A stretch of 63,766 bases of DNA, the filler included, from Reticulomyxa filosa (lineage: Eukaryota; Protista; Foraminifera): the NCBI GenBank assembly GCA_000512085.1. It is 23 parts of 23 records of this genome, joined end to end, with 100 filler letters (N's around TTAATTAATTAA, not from the genome) between each part and the next. Parts side by side here need not be neighbours in the genome. Positions count along the whole stretch, not along the records: positions 11,328 to 12,367 come from ASPP01026450.1; positions 12,468 to 13,754 come from ASPP01026750.1; positions 13,855 to 17,340 come from ASPP01002551.1; positions 17,441 to 19,088 come from ASPP01028748.1; positions 19,189 to 21,416 come from ASPP01001973.1; positions 21,517 to 25,100 come from ASPP01011363.1; positions 25,201 to 28,358 come from ASPP01009038.1; 16 more parts are not named here. One strand, given 5' to 3'. This document shows, in pieces, positions 11,954 to 25,264 of the stretch (its first letter is position 1; every line of letters starts with the position of its first letter). The translations under genes were made by a program, and so were the position numbers. The notes beneath the pieces are model-generated. The model had not been told where the DNA came from and ran no database searches. It was given only the letters and a program-made list of their open reading frames with translations.

Positions 11954-12367
11954 TTATCTGGCCTGGTTGATCCATTTCGGCTCTGAATCTTGCCACGATA
12001 TGTGACCTTTGATCTGTTCGCCGAGATCTTTCATGAATATTTGGAAATTGTAAGCTTCGAAATTGCACTTATTGAGAATGGATTCAAATACAAACTTGCA
12101 GTCACTCAAAATAAGCAATCTTCTGTTCTGTATATTGTCGCGAGTAATACTCCAATGCTTGGCAAATGGCGCAGTTGTTAGTCCTTTAATAGGAAACTCC
12201 AACCCTTTCCAGTTGTATCACTAATCCTGCTCCGCCAAGTCCTGGCTCTGGTTTCGTGCTGCCATCTGCAAATATCACTACAGTATCTTGTTGCAACGAT
12301 GACAAGATCTGATCAGATGTTGGTTCGCTCCATTTTGGAAATGGAGACTTGGATGGGTGAGGAAGCC
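11954..12367 (-). mobile_element. RNase H domain relic of a non-LTR retrotransposon
   Basis: TVVIFADGSTKPEPGLGGAGLVI, then after a frameshift RLLILSDCKFV...IKGH (RNase H D..., SD and KGH motifs). Confidence 0.8.
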
Positions 12368-15300
12368 NNNNNNNNNNNNNNNNNNNNNNNNNNNNNNNNN
12401 NNNNNNNNNNNTTAATTAATTAANNNNNNNNNNNNNNNNNNNNNNNNNNNNNNNNNNNNNNNNNNNNCCGATTATCTTTTGCCAAAAACGCAAGGCACGA
12501 GACTCTTACAGTGATGGAGTCAGAAAATGCAACTATCTTTTCTTCGATCATCAATACTTATATCACGCGCGAGATCACCATTACTTCAATCAACAGCACA
12601 CGAACGACTCGAAACCCAAAGTTGCGAATATGCACACACATACGACCAGTCTCGAAACGAATAGTTAGCATCATTTCTATAACAACCTTGTTTGTTGGAG
12701 CCGATAGATTGCAGTTCGACGCATATCCGTAAACGTAAAGTCGCTAACTCGCGGGCGTGAAGAGACAATAACCGAAATCAGTAAATCTGGCAAACTAGTT
12801 TTTTTTTTTTTAAGATCCAACGTGATATGATTTAAGTAGTTTCTTTCTTATCTCCATCATCATTCTACTAATCATCTTTTCTTCTTGCTTGCCTGTGTGT
12901 TGACGGAGTATCACACAACTCCTCCATGGAATTGGACCACTTTCACATGGAACGATTCTCCCGATGTGGCGATCGTAATGAGCGGAGATTTTTTAACAAC
13001 GTCCTCGCCTTCTACTTCTTTTCTTCCTTGTATTTCGCTTTTTCTCTGCAGCCATTGCGACACTACAATGTCGGAATCATTTCTACTTTGCGCGTCTTTT
13101 CCTATTTCTTTTTTTTCTTCTTGGTAATTTTGCTTTCGTCGTTTAGATGCCAAGATCTCGATTGTCCAGATTGAACTATGAACATCTTTATCCATGAGAG
13201 CTGATGGATGTTGTACTTGAAGAAATCATTGCTCTTGTAATGAGAGACACGTTCTGCGCGGGTATTTCCAATTTATCTAACGTTTCAATTGGCGATCTGA
13301 CTAGCGTTCTTCTTATTTTTTTTTTCATTCTTGGGAGTGTTCGCTGCCTCTATCGGCATAAGCACGATCAAAACTCCAAAATTGCGGATGTGCGCATGTA
13401 TACGACCAGTTTTTTTTTTTTTTTTGCACGATATTTTCAAATTTTTTCTTTCTGGCTGTTAGTGCTGCCCGACCACGAACGAAAGATTGTCCTTGATTGA
13501 ATTGAGACAAATTTTTTCAACTATTCCAATTCCATCATATGGACGGATATTTCTAAATACAAAGTTCTTCCACTCTCATCGCCCTTGTAATGAGAGGGAT
13601 ACGTCGGGTAATGATTGTTTTTGGAAATTTCTGTATCAATTACAATGCGTGTCCATTCGAAAATATTTGGCTTATCGATCCAATGATAGAGTTATGATAC
13701 AATTCGTATATCTTCTTCGTTATTGGACGTATTCGTTCTAAGTGCAATGGTTCANNNNNNNNNNNNNNNNNNNNNNNNNNNNNNNNNNNNNNNNNNNNTT
13801 AATTAATTAANNNNNNNNNNNNNNNNNNNNNNNNNNNNNNNNNNNNNNNNNNNNTTGTACTGTAAACTTCATTTCCGAAACAAAATCTCTTTTTGTATTC
13901 ATTGTAGGATGAGGCCCTACGTGTTAAGCAAAGTCCTAAGTGAACTGTGGAACCTCCAGTGTGCTAAACTCTTTTACAAAACCAACACTTGTTTTCTTGT
14001 TTTTGTTTTCTTCTTAATTTAACTTTTGTTTTATTTTGAAATTAGCTCAAAAGATCTGTTTCCTTTCCGTGTTACCTTGTCTGGTGCAAAGTAGCTGACC
14101 TCACTCTACCTACACTACACAAGAAATTTAGTGATTATTACCAACTTAAGAACATTTTGTGTAATTTGCTAATGCAAATGAAATCTTTATGTATATGAAA
14201 ATAATGTATTAATGGATAGAATAGATTGTACAGTAGAATTTTATATTATGCTTGTGGATTGTGAAAGTCATTTTCATATGTTAATGCACTATATTTAATC
14301 ACAAGATTACAAGTGATTTTGTAATCATTTACATGAAACTTCTTCTTTCACTCAAGAAACGTTTATACTATCTTAGTGCTGGCAACACTCTACATCGTCA
14401 TTAAATGAAAAAAATTATAAATCCGAATTATGTCAAATCAAGCGATCATAAACATTTTATTTTCTTGAGAAGCAAAACTTTTGGAAACGTTAAGATCAAA
14501 TAGTGTCACCTATCAGAAGAAAAAAAAAGGAAAAAAATCACACATAGCAATAAACGTAGCTATTTTGAAAAACGAAAAAAACAGCAAAAAGCACTTAAAA
14601 AAAACAAAAATTGCAATTTGTTTTTAAAAATGAGATTTGAGCTTTACGATCATTTTGACAAAGATTAGCTTATTATAATATTTAACAACGTGAAAAATTA
14701 TGCTTTAATATCTAAAAGTTGATTTTTTCCTATTGACAACATGAACAAATAACAAAACGTATAACTGCACATATGCTATTTGACACAAAAATAAAAAAGA
14801 TTGTTATAAAAAGAAAAGTACGATTCGTCTTATTGTCAATTCCGGACTTTTTCAACAAAAACACCATTAACTATCCGAAAATGAACAAATCCGTTGTTGT
14901 ATAATTCATCGGACAGTTACATATTCTTTTTTTTCCAATCAAATGTTATCATGTTGAAGTGTTTTATTGTTAACAATTGAATCTACAATAGTGAAACTCG
15001 TTGTACAAAAGAATTGACGATTGTACGTATACGTAATTTTGTACGGTAACGCAGAAGAACAAAAACACTTTTCAAAGAAGTAGATACTAAAAAAGTATCA
15101 ATATAAACAAATTAAACATTCGAGCTATTACAATTGATTTATTTGCTTTATTGTTTTAACCTTTTTCTTTGATTGTGTTTGAATCAAAATTTTTATTAAA
15201 AAATTAATTGAAATGATGGCATTGCTTTTATTTCTGTTAGTTGATCTGATATTTATACGATTAATTCAACTGAAAGTTCGACTGTTGTATGTGATAAACC

Positions 15301-16093
15301 TGTTGAATAATTGCTTCTGATATTATCATGTAAATAATAAATTAATGCCAATGTCAAATTGCTTATAAGTATTTCTTTTTGATAAAATAAGCAACGAATA
15401 TTAAATTTTTTATATATCACGCATGGCTACCCTTGTTAAATGACTTTTTTGATTGATACAAATTTTATTTTTTAGTTTTTGTAATGAAACGAACAAGATT
15501 TAGCAAAAACTTTTGAAAGTAATTTTTAAAATGTGAAATGTAATAATTACTAGCTGCTTGTGTGAGCAGAATTATGGAAAATAACGACAAACAAATATTT
15601 GACATTTAATTGGCATTGAACAAAAACAACAAAAAGCATAATAAAATTAATATGTAATATCCAAATTGAAGAATTGCATATTATCGAATGAAAAAGAAAA
15701 GTGTTCTATTTAAATTTTTATTGTTAAAAAATTATAGTTCCCAAAAAAAAAAAGATGTTAAGCTATTTAATAATTTATTTCAGTTTACAATCATGTTATC
15801 GAAGGAAAAAACGTTTGTTGGTGATTTAATAAATTTGTTTTGATTACATATCTTCAATTGATTTGTGCAAAAAGAATACAATGGTCAGGCAAATCCAAAT
15901 TTGATGAACGTTTCAAATCTCAAAAATATCTGTATGTTTATTTTTTTCATCATTCAACTGAAAAAAGAACTTGTTCTGAATGACTTTTTTTGGTTTGGAC
16001 TTCCAAAAAAAAAAAAAAAATCAAAACAAAAAAACAGCGATCAATGATTACGACGTGAAATGAAGCGATTCAAAACAACAACAAAAGGAAAAT

Positions 16094-16961
16094 TTAGTGA
16101 CTGTCGCTGTCACTGTGAGTATGTTTGCTTGTACTCTCATCTTCTGACACAACCGATTTGGGAGGACGGAAAGATTTTTGTTTTGCAGCTGTGTCATTCT
16201 CGGCAAAGTACTCAAGTTCTTCCTCTCCAAAGAAGCTCGACTGAGCCTCATGTTTGCCCTTTTTTTTAGACAAACTGCGACGATGCTCGTCTGTCAGTTT
16301 CAACATAGGAGATACGTCTTGTGAGGCCAAGTCTTTATCAGTAGTATGCACATTAAGATACACATTAGCATTTGCGTTTGTGGCAATGGCATCGGTCGAA
16401 GCATCCAAATGATGTTGGTTCTTATACTGTGAATCTTCTTTGCTGTCCGTCATAGACGTGCCTTTTTCGGTAGCTGTGAATTTTTTTTTTTGTGTTGTTT
16501 AATGTATACGTTTGGCATTGTTTGACTAGACCTCGCCTTCCAGTGGGATTCAAAAAAAAACACAATATATGGAATGGATACACAACAAATGTCAAACATG
16601 GAATCACTGTCAGATCGGAAGGCGTGATTGTATTAAAATCCATTGGCTTATTGAAATGTTCGACTTCGATTATACCGCTACCTTTGTTTGTTGCTTGTGC
16701 AGATTTTGTATCATAGTTACTTTGGTTATTCAACGCTGTCAATATCACGGTTCGACTGCGAACACGTCGAAAAATTATCGCGATGACAACACATAGCACC
16801 ACCAAAATTACTATCGCTCCTGCGGTTATTACCCCAATTACTGCCTTGCTGTTACTAAAAAAATCACTTTCCGATTTTTTTGACGACACCTCCTCTGTTT
16901 GACCCAAAACCTCTTTGAGCAAAAACAATGGAAACAAGAAACACAAGCTTTGTCTTTTCAT
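16094..16961 (-). CDS. Type I single-pass membrane protein
   Basis: Signal peptide MKRQSLCFLFPLFLLKEVLG, short ectodomain, TM AVIGVITAGAIVILVVLCVVIAIIF, stop-transfer RRVRSR, and an acidic cytoplasmic tail across one intron. Confidence 0.65.
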
Positions 16962-17440
16962 TGTTCCCGAATCATGCTCACTGAGTTTTTTTAACAGGAT
17001 CTCTGTCTTGAAACTTTGCCAACGAAAACAAGCTGTCCTCAGAAATATCAACTTGCAAAGTTAAACAATATTTCAAACGCCAGTCTTGAACAAATAGTAT
17101 GCAGAACCAAAACAATAAAAGAAAAAGTTGAACACTCTTAATTAGGATAAAGATTTCTGCCAGCTTTTGTAGAAAGTAGTTGTTCAGTATTAATACCAGA
17201 GTTGGACAAAAAAAGTCAGACATTTTGATATGATAAACTCTATCACCAAAGAAAAAGGTAAATTACCAATACGTCCAGATACTCTTTTGAAAAGCTAAGT
17301 GTTTTCATGTCCATTAAGAATGAATATTAAAAAAAAAAAANNNNNNNNNNNNNNNNNNNNNNNNNNNNNNNNNNNNNNNNNNNNTTAATTAATTAANNNN
17401 NNNNNNNNNNNNNNNNNNNNNNNNNNNNNNNNNNNNNNNN

Positions 17441-19088
17441 ACTCGCACCGGCCGTGGTTGGCGTCGGCGTACTGCATTGCATCGACATCAAGTGCGTCTT
17501 CAATTTATTGTGGTTGCTGCAAAATGTAGCGATATAGCGATCGCGTTCTGCCACTGCGTGGACGTATTCATCCAATTTTGACTATTTTATTTTTGTACAT
17601 TTTTTTTTTTTAAAGTTTGTTTAATTCTTCATCAGCAATCAAACGTTTCAACTTTCGATTTTTCTCTATACAAAGGCACGCACAATCTAATTGTCAGCAT
17701 TTTGACGCAGCAAAAAAAAAAAAAAGTAAGATAATATTTCTTCGAGACGTATCTAGACTTGAGCGAACAGCATATTGGACCAATACATCAAATTTCTGTG
17801 TGACAGGCGTATTGATGCATCAATCGATGTTTTCTTTATTATGTGCGACAATTTTATCAATATACAAAGCGAGTGATTCAACATGTTTTGGAGGCAGTAG
17901 CATTGAAGATTCATCAATTTCATTTAAACTATGTTCAATGCTATTGCAATTGCCATTGACATTGTGAAAAGTGGACATTACTTTTTTGGCCAAAATGTCA
18001 ATCAAAAACCCTTCATTGGCATTGCACGAGTTTGAGTCCAAAGCGTTATGTTCTTGGCACTTTTGCAACTGAAGGCGAAACATGGCATCGCGCAAGCGCG
18101 GAGCACTTGCAGGCACCAGTCCCAGTGCAGAGGTTTTGAAAACTGACTTTTTCGACCACGCGCCAAAAATCTGATCGGTGAGAGGCGTTGCAGGCGGCAC
18201 GTGTGTGTGCTTCTTTCGTGTATTGTCCATCGCACCTGCACCACGCGACTGCGTGATGCTGCGGAACAATTGATCCGTCAGCGGAATGGCCGGGGTGGGG
18301 TCAGTGTCTTGGGTCGGACAAGACTATGGTCATCTGCAGCACTTTTTATTTTTGTTTTGTTTTTTTTTCAAGCGCTGGAGAACCTGTCGTGTTTCGGTGT
18401 TTGTCTGTCGGCTTTGTCCTTGTCGTGATGATGTGAGCTACAAAAGGAAAGCGACAGCGATAACGATAGACGATGACTAAAATCACTGGCCATGCTATGT
18501 TGCTCTATGTCCTTCTCCAATTCATTGTTCTCATGCTCTTTCATGTTGCTCTTCTTTTCTCTCGGACAATCTTTGTCTTTGTCTTTGCTTACCGTCTTAT
18601 CTTCCATTAAGACTTCCTTTGTTAATTTGGGCGTATCGTGGACATCTGAGCCATTTGTCGTGGAACCCGAGCCCGCATCATTAGCGCGAGAACTGTTGTG
18701 TTCTGTTTCCTTGGCGTCGTGATCTTTCGAGTCTCCATCGCTTTTTTCGAAAGGAAGCGATCGCGTGCCAAACTTTTCTTTTCGTCGTTTCATCACCTCT
18801 TCGTCGGACACAGAATCACGCGTCAAATTGATTACTTTGATATTGTCTTTGTTGGAAGACTTGTCGGAGTTGGACGAATTGGCCTGTGATCCAACGCTTC
18901 CATTGTGATTGGTCATTTTTGGAAATGCACTACTGCTGCTATTGCTGCTGTTGTTATTGTTGCTGCCATTACTATTGTTGTTACTGCTATTGCTGTTACT
19001 ACTGTTGTTGTTGTTATTGTTGTTATTGCTACTGCTGTTACTATTGCTATTGCTCGTGGGGTTGTTCTTTGCTTTGGAACTGTTGGAA
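17441..19088 (-). CDS. Hypothetical low-complexity (N/S/D/K-rich) protein, multi-exon fragment
   Basis: Long minus-strand ORFs 18368-18916, 17820-18269 and 17393-17575, with N/S trinucleotide repeats at 18930-19055. Confidence 0.45.
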
Positions 19089-19188
19089 NNNNNNNNNNNN
19101 NNNNNNNNNNNNNNNNNNNNNNNNNNNNNNNNTTAATTAATTAANNNNNNNNNNNNNNNNNNNNNNNNNNNNNNNNNNNNNNNNNNNN

Positions 19189-20250
19189 GGGCCTTGGAAT
19201 AAAATCCGTTGATGTTATTCTGGAATACCAATGACTTATCATAGTCCGCAATACTTATATACTTTGTGCTTCTTTGTGCATTCACAAGATTTTGGTCTTG
19301 ATTTGACTTTGTCGATTGCTCTACTTTTACCATTGAATATCCAATCTGAATATCGTTGTCTTTCAATCAATATCTTAACAACGTCTTCAGCCATATATAG
19401 CAGCACTCTAACAATTGGCATCTTATGTAATCGTTTAACTTCTTGTATTTGATACCATAATCTTCCAATGTCTCGCTTTCGAGTTGATACCTCGAAGTTT
19501 GATATATCTATTCACTTCAGGATTAGTCAGCAGCAAATGTCTTACGATAAATGTTACATCTTGGCTGCCTTACAATTCTTTGTTTACAATCTTGATTTTC
19601 TTTTTGTTTAATTTATCCGGAAATTTCCAGAAAATGTATGCGCTAATACTTTTCTCAATCCAATGAAATTAATTACCGATATTGCTGATTTGAGTTCTTT
19701 GGAATTGATTGGAGTGACGACAATCGTTGGCTTATTCGTACACAGAATTGCCGTCGAACTTGCATTTTTTTCTCCACAAGTTTTCAAATGTGATTTCATC
19801 AATCTTCTTTCTTCACTTTGTTGCATACTTGATCTATGCAACTTGAAATGATGCTTTGCTTTCTTCACTATTTCATCCGTTAATCCATTATCTGGCTTCT
19901 TTCGTTTTGTTGCTGTTCGTCTGGTGCAATTTGTGTCAACATCCATATCATTATTCGATGTCATTTTGAACTGTTGTTGATGATTTCTGGGATCAGTTAT
20001 ATCAATACCATATCTTCCAACTCGATATCCATTTCCAATGCCACCATGTATTCTGGCATTTGATACATGTTCGGAAGTGTAGTTAACATGTCTGCCTGTT
20101 TATCGTTAAATTGAATTCTTGATCCAATTCCAAGTTGAGTATTTTGTCCCAATATAGATTACACTAGATCCGATTATGGTAAAAACACTTGCCTCGGCCG
20201 TCCTGATCGCCTTCACAAACCTTGTTATCAGCTAGTGTGTTTCGGTTTTG
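19189..20250 (-). mobile_element. Probable 5' part/ORF1 relic of a LINE-like element
   Basis: Broken ORF with MDVD..KRKKPD, PTIVVTPI..ELKSAISVINFI, LPIVRVLL and IQIGYSMVKVEQ, typical of ORF1 RRM-like/pre-C2HC regions; intronless and frameshifted. Confidence 0.5.
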
Positions 20251-21530
20251 CCAAACAGAAAAAATCGTGTATTTGCCTCGAGATTGCCAATTTCTCAAAG
20301 GCATCGAACATTCTTAAAGCAAGCAATGTTTGACCTTCTACTACAAGCCGTCCGTTCCAGTAAAAGTGTTACTATCCCAGTTACTAAGAGTTTGCACCTA
20401 CTCTTAAAGCAATTTAGGACAATACACACGTGAAGTTTAAACAAACACTTCCACTTTCACAGTCACGCCACACATATGCTGAACTGACGACAACCCTAAA
20501 ATGAATTGCAACAAAAGACGTTGCAAAAAACTGTATTTTTTTTAAGCGTGGAAGAATGTAATTTGTTGAATTGAAAAAAGGAAAAATATTGTAAAACAAG
20601 CACCCACTCAAACATGAACACAATACTAAATAATACAATACGTTACAAAAAGTAACACAATTTTATTTTAAAATCCGTTTATGTGAAGATTAAAAAAAAA
20701 TATCCTTTTATATCATTTCAAAAAGTTCTCAAAACTTTTGTGATCATCACATAGTTAGTTGCCTTGCATAAGCTCTGTGCAGTTCAGGTGGAATCCAATG
20801 GTCACTTTGTGACCACTCTCAGACTCTACGACTTCAGCAAGTGGTGATGTCGTATGCTTCGAAGGTAAATCTCAATCAAATTAAAATGGATAAAATTCAA
20901 CACTCTCCGTTGTCATTACTTACAAAATTGAATAAAGCTATTGAAGCGTTTCAAGTCGTTGGTTTCCGGCTTTCGGTTGCATTTTCTTTGGTTTCCGTCC
21001 TTCAGTGGTCTTGCCTTCGGTTTCCTGTCATTCTGGTCTTGCTCTAATCCTGCAGCTCCTTGCACGTTACTGACGCGATTGCTTTCCTCGCATCTTAATG
21101 AGATGCCTGGTCGCGATGATGAGCTGTATTTTGGCATTCTTACCACTCCCTTTTGCTAGGCTGTTACGCCTGTTGGGTTTCATCTAGCCAATGATGATAA
21201 AGTGGTATTTATATTTGGATCTGTTCACTTGCACATATAATACAAGCTTGTTTGGATGTTACTGGTTCAGTTTTTTTTTTAAAAAAAGTGGGATGTCCAC
21301 AAAAAAAATTATACATTTTATGTCTATGTATGTATATACACATATATATATGTACATACATGCGTGAAGCAAATTCATATAAACGCTACTTCCACAGCTG
21401 CGAGTACGTACTACTGNNNNNNNNNNNNNNNNNNNNNNNNNNNNNNNNNNNNNNNNNNNNTTAATTAATTAANNNNNNNNNNNNNNNNNNNNNNNNNNNN
21501 NNNNNNNNNNNNNNNNAAAAAAAAAAAAAG

Positions 21531-23201
21531 GTCGCAGCCGTGGTTATGGGTTTGTCAAGTATGAATCCCCTGAAAGTGCAACTCGCGCGCAAAAAGCGTT
21601 AAACGGTAAGTTGATGATTTGGAAGATTTTTTTAATCAAAAAAAAGTATATGCGTGCGTGTCCGCTCTTTCAAAAAAAAAAAAAAAAAAAAAAAGGTTAC
21701 ACTATTGGTGGAAAGAAATTGAAGGTGGCATATTCACGACCGCAAAGCAAAGAGATACAAAACTCGAACTTGTATGTGACCAACGTTCCATCAGATTGGG
21801 ACAATGAGCGATTGGGGCAGGTGTTCAGGCCTTTCGGCTTTGTTGTCGAAAGTCGTATTTTAGTGGATCAAGATGGAAGATCAAGAAGCGTTGGTTTTGT
21901 TCGTATGGACAACAATGGCAATGCCTTAAAGGCTATTAGTGGTATTCATAGTTATGGCATTGATGGAGGTGTTGAACTTGTCGTCAAAGTTTTGCATTTT
22001 TGTTTTTTTTATACGTTGTTTTTTTTTTTTTTGAAATTGTTTTTAAACTGCCTTCCCCTTTTTTCTTTCCATTTTCCTTCAACTTCTGGCCATTCGCACT
22101 TTATCATCACATAAACTTTGTGCAAATCCAGCTTGCGCAAAGAAAGAACCAAAACCGACGTTGGGGAATGAATCCAAGTGGAGATTATATTAGTGAAGGT
22201 GGCCATGACAACCGACAATCAGGCCATCGCAACAATCGGCGACGATCGGGTGGCATGATGCCCGACCAAAGTGGTGATCCCAACCGAAACTTTGAAGCCC
22301 AAAGTTGAAAAAGATACTTTTTTTTTAAAAAAAAAAAAAAAAAAATTTGATCAATGATTATTCTCGGTGGATCTAATTTTTTTTATTTATGTTTTTCCCA
22401 GTAATTGGAATAATCCAACACACTTTTTTTTGGTGGTTTGAACGAACAAATATCAAAGGCGGGTTTTATAGACGAGGCTCACCCAATCGCAAGCAAATGT
22501 ATCGCCCTAGAAATGATCAAATGACGGACCTTCCACCAAATGGTTTGTATGTTTATCTTGTTTATCAGGTGAAAGAAAGGTAGAGCAAACAGACGGCATA
22601 ATCGACATAGGTGAGACAGATTTTTACCCTCCTTCATATGATCCATATATGCAACAACATATGGCAGTTAAAAATTTGTGTGGGCACAAAACACGAATTA
22701 ATATTTTGAAATGTTTTGTTTTGTTTTTGAACACGTTTGACCACTTGAACAGTACTATGGTCCTCAAGGTATGAGAGAACCTGGTGCATCGTCAAACCTT
22801 CAACAAGCCAGTGGAATGAGTGCAACATCAATGGTCCCAAACAATCGACAATACACGGGACAGGCGTACAATGTCGTTGTCAGGAATTTACCTACTAACT
22901 TCAATGTTGATCATTTGATCAAATTGTATGCACCTTTTGGTCCAATCCAGTCTGTTCATATCGAAAAAGCAGACCAACACTCAGGCGGTCATCACCCATC
23001 TCCTTATGGAATTGTTTCCTACTTTTTCCTAGAAGATGCCAAAAAAGTTAATGCCACAAACTATTTGCTCCTTTTTATTCATGTCCCTCTTAGCTTCTGT
23101 CAATTTTACAATACAATACCGCATGAAACAAACAATAGGCCGTTGAAAGAACACATGAAAAAGATGAAAACGGCTGTATTTTGCACGTTTCGTGGCAATA
23201 A
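21531..23201 (+). CDS. ELAV/Hu/Sxl-like three-RRM RNA-binding protein (5' partial)
   Basis: RSRGYGFVKY...ALNG|YTIGGKKLKVAYSRPQSKEIQNSNLYVTNVP, RSVGFVRM, hinge, third RRM NVVVRNLP...YGIVSY; intron 21606-21695 and several more; stop at 23199-23201. Confidence 0.88.
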
Positions 23202-25057
23202 TATTATTTCAGAAAAGAAACCTATCAAATTTTTCCCTTTTTTTTGTTGCTGTTTTTTCGCAAATAATTGTATGACTTTTTTTTTGACTTTATATTGCTT
23301 GTGTTGCGTTTTTTATGGATTTCAACAACAAAAAAAAAAACAAGGGGAAAAAAACATTTTCAGCAAATTTGTTGATTATGAAAAAAAGAAAGGGAAACAC
23401 AACCAAAGTTGGTGTGACGGGACTGTATAAATTGTGGGCTGCTGCAGTTTAATAATAGTCATCTTTATCATTTTGATAAATATTGTCCTTTCTATGCTTT
23501 TCTCTTGATTTTAGATGCAACATCCAGATTTTGTTTTTTACTTTTTTTTGTGTGTTTGATTCTTAACGTCCATTAGGAGAAAACCAAAGAGTTCCGTTTT
23601 TATTTTTTTTGGTTTTGTTTTTTCCTTTTTTTAACAAGTTCATTTTGTTGGTGCACAATGGCCATTTGTTTGGCTTTTTTGTGTTCAGTGCTGAAATTTT
23701 TTATTCCTCTCACAGCCAATTGTTTTTTATTTATAAACACATTGGAACAAGGTTTGGTTGTGCTGGGTTTAATTTGTTGCAGCTCTCAGTTTTGTTTCTG
23801 AGCTTGAAAATAGATACCACGACTAAACAATCAAGTGATTACATCAATGAAATTTTTTAGGAAAGAACATTGTTTTTTCAAATATTTTCAATAAGAAAAA
23901 AAAAGGAAGGTTGGATAGCCTCTCCGCACCATCTGCACGCGTATGACTCCTCCAGAAACCGTGCTAGGACCAAAATCATCGGCACTATCTATTATCACTG
24001 ACTTAACCAGAAAATTTTTTGCTGTCGAAAATGCAGAAATGCAAATTTTATATTGAAAAATATCATAGATAAATTCAATGTTAGGGTTATTGTCACTTCT
24101 AATTGTTTGTGGCTTTGCTTTCAAGTTCTGCTAAGTTATCAGTCTAACCATTCATGTTGTCGACATATCCATCCTTTTTTTTACAAGAAATACTTTTGCT
24201 TCAAAAAAAGAATTATGAAATCAATTAATTGCTAAATTTAAAGCAAAAAAACGATAAAAAGCAAGTTTTAATTTGTGAAAATGTTGGAAAGTCATTACAA
24301 TGAACATTATGTTATCGTATGCACGCGTTCAAATCCTTTGTTTTCTTACGCTGATATTAAGTTCTCTGGTGGATGTCATTCACTCACAAAACTAGCGTTT
24401 TCATTGATCTGTCAATATTATATGTTCTGAATATTTTCTACAATTTTGATTGAAGTCAATCTTTCTTTTACCAGACGTCCTTCCGATAGTGGAGTTTCAG
24501 TCCTAGATGAATTACAAAATTGGACATGCCATCTTTAAATGAATAAACTGTACAAATATTAGGGATTGATACAACAGTTTTACTGAGTGTCGAATTGAAT
24601 TTAAAATTTTAAAAACATTGTGCTATGCATAAAAAAGACTTACTGGCTAAAGACAAAATTACAATATTTCGTTAAGCTAAAAATTTATCCTCTTTTCCAC
24701 GTACGAATCCTTTTTCACTCATAAAACATAAAAAACCAAAAAGGATGTCGGATTTGATGCCATTGTTCGTTCGAAGCTATGATGGAAAAACATTTTGCAT
24801 TGTAATTGATATATAATATAATGTTTCATAGCTTTGTTTGTTTGTTGGAGAACACGTTTGTACGTGCCCTCGTCTGTCCAGTTGTTGCGTCATGTAAGAA
24901 CATATTTGTGGATAACTGTGATATTGCATAGAATATAAGTAGAAACGCGTCAGTGTTGGACTTGAAAAGTCGGATTTGTGACAAATCGGGATGTCCGCCA
25001 CAGTTGCAAAGGTGAAATAACATTTCTATTGTGTTTGTGGTACGAGTAAGTTATTAT

Positions 25058-25099
<42 letters not shown>

Positions 25100-25264
25100 C
25101 NNNNNNNNNNNNNNNNNNNNNNNNNNNNNNNNNNNNNNNNNNNNTTAATTAATTAANNNNNNNNNNNNNNNNNNNNNNNNNNNNNNNNNNNNNNNNNNNN
25201 AAAAAAAAGGGGGGGTTTTTTTAAAAAAAAAAAAAAAAAAAAAAGTTAGTAAATAAAACAAAAG

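Noticed and set aside
13855-16040. 2.2-kb ORF-free tract (similarly 47800-51015 and 62596-63766)
   Set aside because: AT-rich intergenic or decayed sequence with no RNA gene or periodicity that I can support by eye.
18886-19144. Poly-Leu, poly-Cys/Tyr and poly-Val ORFs (also 2515-2856, 8739-9070, 61113-62313)
   Set aside because: Antisense or off-frame readings of trinucleotide repeats encoding N/S/T/E/D tracts.
20190-20260. Hammerhead/HDV ribozyme at the 5' end of the LINE-like relic
   Set aside because: The minus strand has GAAAC and CTGATAA, but the CUGANGA core is broken and stems are not evident.
21113-21230. Box C-like ATGATGA motifs (C/D snoRNA)
   Set aside because: No suitably placed CTGA box D or terminal stem.
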